Shown piece by piece: positions 56,828 to 64,000 of a stretch of DNA of 64,000 nucleotides. A model generated the notes under the pieces. That model was not told the origin of the DNA, did no database searches, and saw only the letters and a program-made list of their open reading frames with translations. The translations under genes were made by a program, and so were the position numbers. Origin of the DNA: Azolla caroliniana (Eukaryota > Plantae > Polypodiophyta). Location: positions 8,866,001 to 8,930,000 of the forward strand of contig JBHGNT010000017.1 of the NCBI GenBank assembly GCA_043228905.1. Direction: 5' to 3'. The first letter of the stretch is position 1, and each line of letters opens with the position of its first letter.

Positions 56828-59625
56828 TATCGTAGTGTAATTCGCACACTACGTGAAAATTGCATTTTTCGTCCCTCCGGATGGGACAAGGAGGAACCGG
56901 ATGAAGGAGCAACCGGTAAAGAGGAATCGGTAACGAGAAGCGGTGAGAATCGGATGAAGGAGGGACCGGCAAGGAGGACCCGGTAAGAACCAGATCAAGA
57001 AAAACCGGGAAGACCCAGATAAAGAAGGCCGGTGAGAGTCTCTCACCGGATGCAGAGGCTAATTTGTAAATAGAAGAAAAGATTGTTACATGCATAAGGT
57101 AGGATTCGAACCCTGTATCTCCACGTAGACAAACCCCAACCTTACCATTGTACTAACTTATCCTGAATTGTTTAAATATAGATTTAATACATATAAGACC
57201 TTTATTTACGCCTACCTTTATTAAAAGGTAAGTCATGCATTTTTAGAATGCGTGAATACTTTATTTATAAGAAAAATGTACACCAATAAAAAATTACTCG
57301 TGCACATCTAGCGAGCATGAGCATTATATTTAGGAAATAAAAGCATAGTGTAAAAGCCAACTCATGCACATTTACTGTGCATGAACACTTTAGAAAAAAC
57401 ATGAAGCTATGCATAGCCTCCTCCATCCTTATACAAGGAGGAGAGACAAGGAGGCGTTACGACGGGATCTTATCTACTACGAGGGAAATCGGATCCATTC
57501 GATGGACTCTCGGAAGCCACTCTGACCGAACTTTCGGAAGGGCGGCATGAAGAAGGTCCTCGAGGAGGAAATAGCGGCGAAAAGTGATTATGCGACAACT
57601 GCGGGAATACGTGTCGGGGAGTCATCGGGAGTAAAGGCGTCTTTTTGGCCGGAAGTGCTAGAAAACCCTGAGAAAACCGATTCCAATAATATCTAAAGCA
57701 CCGCAAAAGGCATCCGAGAAGCTACGGGATGGGAGTGTCCCATTTATAAGAATAGTGTACACGTGCACGAATGTATGTAGACGAGAAATGACGGTGCACG
57801 GATGATGTAGCTGAACCATCAAAGACACCAGAAAGCTGGAACTCTGGAGGGAAGGGGAAAGAAAAGACGATTTCGGCATTCAAACTCGCCTCGAGCATTG
57901 AACAACAAATGGACTTGAAAAAAGTGTTCTAGGAGAGAATCCTCGAGAGTCGGGTGGAATTTTCGCTTCGGGAATTACTCGGAATAGCGAAGGAGTTCCA
58001 TGATCTTCTTGTGGATCTTGTGAAGAGAAAAAGACAAAGTACAGAGGAGAACGCTCCAAGGGTAAATGCAAACACGGTTTTAATGAATGATACCGAAATG
58101 GAGGACGAAATTCCGAACTCCCACTACACAAGGCCACACTTAGCATGTGCAACTACGGAGACTCCGGTCCGTATCGGCAACATCAAAGAGCCTGTGCTAG
58201 CATTGATTGATCACGGATCGGAGATCAGTTTGATGTCCAAGGAATTCTAACGGAAGGGGAAGTGCAGATCTATTTGTGGCTTGTCCGGATCTGACAGTGC
58301 AGATCGGGGATGTCGAGATCAACCAAAATTTCTTCGTACAAGATGAGGTTTCACATTCCATGATCCTTGGGCAACCCTTTATCACGGCTTCACGAATGGA
58401 GACAAAGGTGCTTGATAGTGGTGCGGCTTTCGCACAAATTCGGAGCCAAAGCGAAGGGAAATCCGTCCAATTCCTAACTATGTCGGCAGATCATGAAAGG
58501 AACAAGAGAGAACTCTTGTCCCAAACAAGGATGGATTTTTAGAGCGGATTGTTGCGAAGTGGGGAAGTGATAGCGAGCAAAAGAGGAAAGAAGTCTCGCG
58601 AGATCCGACACTTCGGAAGTCCGTGGATATCGGACATGCCTTCACGGATGAGACCCGGAAGAAACTTCGGATCAGTGGAGGTGGTTTCCTTTTACAAAAT
58701 GAAGAAGAATGATTCTGTGGGATGTTGGAACAACATGGGAAAGCATTTGCATTCACATCGAAGGAGATAGGGTGCGTTGATTCGAAGATAGTGTAGCCGA
58801 TGGTGATCTTCACGATTGACCATGTGTCATGGAACCTGAAGCTGATTCCGGTGCCGCGGACGCATATTCCCAAAATCATCGACTTGCTCAAGAAGAAGGT
58901 GGCAATGGAGATTCTAGAGCCATCAAACGCTCCGTACTCAAATCGATGGTTTACGGTTCCGAAGAAGAATTGGTCACTCCGATTTATCCAAGACTTGCAA
59001 CCGGTGAACAAGGTCATGATCTGGAACTCCAAAGTCGGTCCGATAGTGGACGAACTTGCGGAAGCATTTGCCGATCGTGCGATATACTCCATCCGAGACC
59101 TATACTCAGGGTATGACCAATTCCAACTAGCCGTGGAGACCCGAGACATCACTACCATGCGGACACCGATAGGATTAGTCCGAATGTGCACACTACCACA
59201 AGGAGCGACAAACTCGGTTGCACATATGATGAACGCGATGAACAAGGTACTTCGAGATTGCATTCCGGAGATAACGATGTTGTTCCTAGATGACATTCCG
59301 ATGAAAGGATGCACGGTAGAAGAAAAAGATGAAACTATGGATGATCGGGGATGCCGAAAGTTCGTAGTCGACCATATTCGTGATTGCGAGAAAGTGCTTC
59401 GAAAGTTAGAAGATGTGCACCTAATACTTTCCGGGGAGAAATCGGCATTCGGGCAAGAAGAGATATTGGTAGTCGGACATCTATGTGGGCCCTATGGCCA
59501 AAGACCGTCACCAATCAAGATCGATGTGATTCAAGCTATGAAAGAAGTATGTGAGTCACAATCCGAAGTCCGAAGGTTTCTTGGAGCTTGTGCATTTGAT
59601 CACATATGGATTCCACACTATTCGT
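56828..59625 (+). mobile_element. Element B: internally deleted copy of the TGTCG family, interrupted by element C
   Basis: LTR starts TATCGTAGTG (decayed TGTCGTAGTG) and joins mid-gag near 57446. Then ALIDHGSEI, GGATTTTTAG at 58533, and RT YSNRWFTVPKKN / FLDD up to WIPHYS. Confidence 0.85.
57102..57155 (-). promoter_or_regulatory. tRNA-like Pol III A-box/B-box module in the B LTR
   Basis: Minus strand reads TAGTACAATGG ... GGTTCGAATCC, starts 43 nt apart. Confidence 0.75.
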
Positions 59626-62600
59626 TGTCGAGGTACTCCTCGCGGATGCGTGGAATGAGGCGGGACCTCGGGGGTCTTGTACCGAAGAGCAATAGGGAAA
59701 GGAGAAGGGAAGGGACCCACTACGTGCGGGCGTAGATCCACAGGGACACGGCCCTTCGACACGAAGACGCGAGCGTGGAAACCAACACAGAGAGGCACAA
59801 CGGTATGTAAGTATATATTAACAGAGACAAACAACAAAAACACGAAGTCGGTTACAACCGAACAGGCCGGCGAACAGATGCCGATGCCTGTTCGTAAACG
59901 CACAAAAAGGAAAGAGTAGGTTGGAGGTGCTGCCGGAAGCACTCGGGCATTCCTCAGAGCAGCGCGAGCCTCCCGAAACCTGCACAGCAAGAAGCTACGG
60001 AGTTTGCGAGCCAGAGAGAGAGAGAAGCCTTCGCCCACAAACTGACAGCACTTCGTCCTCGACTCTCCGCGATCCCCTCCTCCTCCTCGTCTCCCTCCTT
60101 TTATAGGCAAGAAGGGAGCCGTTTCCTATTAACTTCCTACCTACCGAATCTACCTACCTAGGATCTTCTATGTACAACATAAGGTATACGTATATGAAGA
60201 GCCGGTTCCTACGCTCCGGTGCACCGATTCCGCTTGTGGACGGTTTTCTTCACGACATCCGCCCCCACCTAACCGCGCATCCACCAGCATGCGCCAAATT
60301 GAGTTGGGACTGAGAAAACCGGTCCAGCCTTCATTCCCCGCCCGTCGGTTCTTCCTCGGTTTCGGATCGTCCGTCGTCGTGGTCCAGGTTAACCGGATCC
60401 GGCTCGTCGTTGTGACGCTTCTTGAACGCTTTGATCCGCTTCCCAGCTATCGGTGTCGCCATTCTCGTGTCGTCGAGCTCCGCCAGATGGTACGTCCCGT
60501 TGTCGTTGGCGCTTTGTACCACGTAAGGCCCGAACCACCTTCTTGCGAACTTCCGTGTCGCTCGGTGCTGGTTGTCGAGGCTGCTGTCGTAGACTAGCAC
60601 CCAGTCGCCTTCCTCGACCTTCTTTGGTCGAAGCCGGTGCGTTCGGTCGAACCGGGCTTTGTTCCTCGTCCTTGCCACCCGAAGCCTTTCCGTAGTTTGC
60701 TCTACGTCCTCCGGTCTTCGCTCGAGCTGCCGTATGCGCGCCGCCAACAGTTCCTCCCGGCTCATCTCGTCTCTCCAGTCCACGGTTGCCCATGAGGAGA
60801 TCGTACGTTCCATCGGCATGATCGGCTTCTGCCCAAACATGAGCTCTGTCGGCATGAATCCGGTTACCGAACTGTGCGTAGTTCGGTCAGCCCATAACGC
60901 GTAAGGCAACAGCCGCGGCCAGTTCCCGACTTGACCTCCGCATGCCCGAACTAACACCTTGACGATCGGTCCGTGTCCGCGCTCCACCTTCCCATTCGCC
61001 TCCGGATTGTACGCAGTGGTACGCGAGAGCTTGACTCCTAGCCGGTCGAACAGCTCCTCGGCCTCTTCGGCGTCCAACTCCCCGCGATCAGCCACGATCT
61101 TCCCGACGCACCCGTACCGGCATATCATGTCCTCAATCAGGAACCGACATACAGCCGCGGTCGTTTTGTTCTGAAGGGCTCGGCCTTCCACCTGGTTCGT
61201 CAGATCTTCCCCAGCCAGGACCAGATACCGCATCTGTCCTACTCCCATCGGCATCATCACCAGGTCTACCATCCATTTGAAGTGGATGGTCGGAGGGTAC
61301 GTAGGGTGAAGCTCATCCCGGTGTCGGACTATGGAGTGCATCTAACAACTCTCGCAAGTTCTCACGAACCGTTGCACGTCCCGGTACAGTCCCGGCCACC
61401 AGTTCTTCCCCTTTATCTTCTCGAACGTGGCCCACGTTCCACGGTGTCCGGCCCAAGGGCTGTCGTGGTAGGCCGTCAGCAGCTCCTCCTGTTCTTCCTT
61501 CATCGCCACCACCCGGAGCGGGACGCCGTTCCTCTTCTTCGGGTGCTTCCATAAGTATCCGTCCCGGAAAAAGAATTGGTAAGCTTTCTTCCGGATCCGG
61601 TTGGCCTCGTCCTTCGTCCATGACGCATCCGGCGTCATCGTCCTCAAAAATCCACCGATCTGGAGCCACTCGCCATCGTACTTGCTCTCGTCGAAGTCGT
61701 TAAGTGCCGGAGTGCTCGTCCCATCGGTCGTCACATACGCTGCCTCGAAGAAGTCCATGCCGACTTCTTCGTCCTCCGAAACCATGCCGCCCTCGTTATC
61801 AAACCTCGCCCTCGAAAGCATGTCGGCCATGGCGTTGTCCTTTCCGGAAATGTGTCGTATTTCCGGATCCAGGGACTTGATGTACGCTGTCCACCTGAGC
61901 ATCGCCAGGTCCGGTGTCGCGCATCCGGAAACCATGCCGAGAATTGGCAGGCAATCCGTCTCGATAATCACTTCTGGCCCGATCAGGTAGTCTTTGTCGG
62001 CCTTTACTGCCGAAACGATACCCCAGAGTTCGCGTTTAACCTGGGCGTACCCTCGTTGTCGCTCACTAAGGACCTTTGCGCCGAATCGGATCGGGAACCG
62101 GGTGCCGTCCTCATCTTCTTGGTTGACGACCCATCCGACCCCGGTCGGGCTCATATCCACCGTTATGTATACCGGGGTACCCTTCTCGTAGACAGCCTTC
62201 CGGAGCGTCGGTGCTGCCGCAAGAGCTTCCTTTAGCTTCCGGACCGACTCCGTGTGCTCGTCCCGCCACTCGAATTTTCGCCCCTTTTTCAGCAATCCGT
62301 ACAGCGGCTCCGCAACGTGGGCGTAATGCGGGATCCATATGTGGTAGAACGCGCATGCCCCCAGGAACCTCCGAACTTCCGTAACCGAGCTATAGTCGAT
62401 CTTCATCGCGGAGATGGCTTCTACTTTTGCCAGAGACGGCTTCCGGCCATACGGTCCACACAGGTGTCCGACCACCAGGATTTCTGATTGCCCGAAGGCC
62501 GATTTCTCCCCGGAGAAGGTGAGCCTCGCATCCTCTAGCCTTTGTAGCACCTTCTCGCAGTCGTCGATGTGTGTTGCCACGAATCGCCGGCATCCGTCCG

Positions 62601-64000
62601 GCCCGACTGTCTCGTCCTTCTCTTCCACCGGGCACCCCTTTATCGGGATGTCGTCCAGAAATGGCATGGTGATGTCCGAGATGCAATCCCTCAGTACTTT
62701 GTTCATTGCATTCACCATGTGGGCCACCGAGTTGGTCCCTCCTTGTGGCAGGGTACACATTCGCACTAGGCCGAGGGGAGTTCGCAGCGTCGTAATGTCT
62801 TTGCTCTCCACGGCTAGCTGGAACTGGTCGTACCCCAAGTACAGATCACCGACCGAGTAAATTGACCTTCCGGCGAAGGCCTCCGCGAACTCGTCTATGG
62901 TCGGTCCGATTCCTGCGTTCCGAATGGTCACTCTGTTGACCGGCTGCAGGTCCTGAATGAAGCGCAATGTTCCGTTTTTCTTTGGTACGGTAAACCATCA
63001 GTTCGAGTATGGCGCGCTCGACGGTTCGAGAATACCCATATCGACTTTCTGCCTCAGTAGCTCCATCAACTCCGGGATGTGAGCTCTTGGTACCGGAATC
63101 AGCTTGAGACTCCACGGCACATGCGGTACCGTCAATATCACCATCGGCTCCACGATTGTCGGGTCTACGCACCCGATCTCTTCCGGCGAGAATGCGAAGG
63201 CTTTCCCGTGCCTTCCGAGCATTCTCCGAAACTGGTCTTCCTCCGCCGGCAGTAGGAACCCGCCCCCACCGATCTTGAGCTCCCGGAGCGTCCCGTCGGT
63301 GAAGGTGTGTCCTATGCAGGCCGGATCTCGTAAACCGGGGTCCGACGCAACCCCTCTGATTCGGGACTCGCTGCCCTCCGGTAAGGGTGCCGCGACTGGC
63401 CTTACCTTCCGGTCCACAGTCTTGTACTTCGTGCTAACTCGGGCCGTCCGATCCGACCAGAGCCCCTGGCTGAAGTTCGCGATGACTTCGTACATCTCTT
63501 CGGAACATACCAGTATCGTTCAGTCTTCGTTAAGGTCTTCTCCGGCTACCTTCCTCAGCATCCCCAAGGTGTCGTCGAAGGAGACCGCCTCCACGGCCCC
63601 GCTGATTTCCTCGTCCGGGCCGAGAACTCCGCACGCTCGAAGTCGGTCCTCCGCCCTTGCCCTTTCTCGGCCAACGATGCCGACCATCATACACCCTCCG
63701 TTGTTGGAGAAGCAGAATTTTCTACCTATCGTACAAGGTTTCTTCGGTTTCGGTTCTATCGTAGAGCTGTGGGGTCTTTCCCGAGTGTCCGGACTGTCTC
63801 GGCCCCACGCCTTGGCAGCGCTCTCTAAAAATCCTCCCGGTTCTCGCCACCGAGGGATTCGCGGTTTCGCTCGTGGTTCGGTCGCACCGTCAGAAATTGG
63901 ACCGAATGGCGCCCGTCCTGGCTTTTGACCCTTGCGTAGGCCGAACCGTTGTCTAGCACCTTGGTCTCCATCCGCGCCGCCGTGATGTATGGTTCCCCTA
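59626..64000 (-). mobile_element. Element C: TGTCG-family Gypsy element, runs off the right edge
   Basis: 3' LTR 59626-60257 (minus strand TGTCGTGAAG...CTCGACA), preceded by GGTGGGGGCGGA. Pol is strongly similar to A. Confidence 0.92.
60331..63828 (-). pseudogene. Element C RT-RNaseH-integrase ORF with in-frame stops
   Basis: ORFs 60331..61341, 61342..62967 and 62998..63495 share one frame and are separated by single TAG/TGA codons. Confidence 0.92.

Noticed and set aside
61342-63522. Programmed stop-codon readthrough in element C pol
   Set aside because: The stops sit where sister copies have CAA/CGA-type codons and differ between copies, which fits methylation-driven C-to-T decay.

Overview
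This 64 kb window is entirely transposable-element DNA from a plant genome. The element families suggest a non-seed land plant (inference). I can support no host gene. One old minus-strand non-chromovirus Ty3/Gypsy element (P1) is stretched over more than 56 kb by nested insertions, mapped here from termini and target-site duplications (TSDs). The insertions are: a Copia element (2003-8679, TSD CTCCT); three copies (A, B, C) and three solo LTRs of a fungal-like Gypsy family with TGTCG...CGACA termini; a young intact relative of P1 (P2, 19408-29503, identical 370-bp LTRs, open gag-pol plus a large extra ORF); and a chromovirus (C1, 31585-56406). C1 holds a Sola2-like DNA transposon (37305-53978), which holds a self-priming Tcn1-like chromovirus (C2, 39652-46059), which holds a Copia solo LTR, giving five levels of nesting. 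The main observations are: (1) antisense tRNA-like Pol III A/B-box modules with identical 43-nt spacing in the U3 of LTRs from unrelated Gypsy lineages; (2) the TGTCG family makes 4-bp TSDs that are always centred on a CpG (6 of 6 sites), has a tRNA-Trp primer site, and has a GGAUUUU-UAG -1 frameshift signal after protease; (3) the Sola2-like transposon carries a second spliced coiled-coil/RING-H2 gene and arrays of an AGTACT motif; (4) a Copia U3 segment sits inside a Gypsy LTR. Family names come from motif recall, not database searches.
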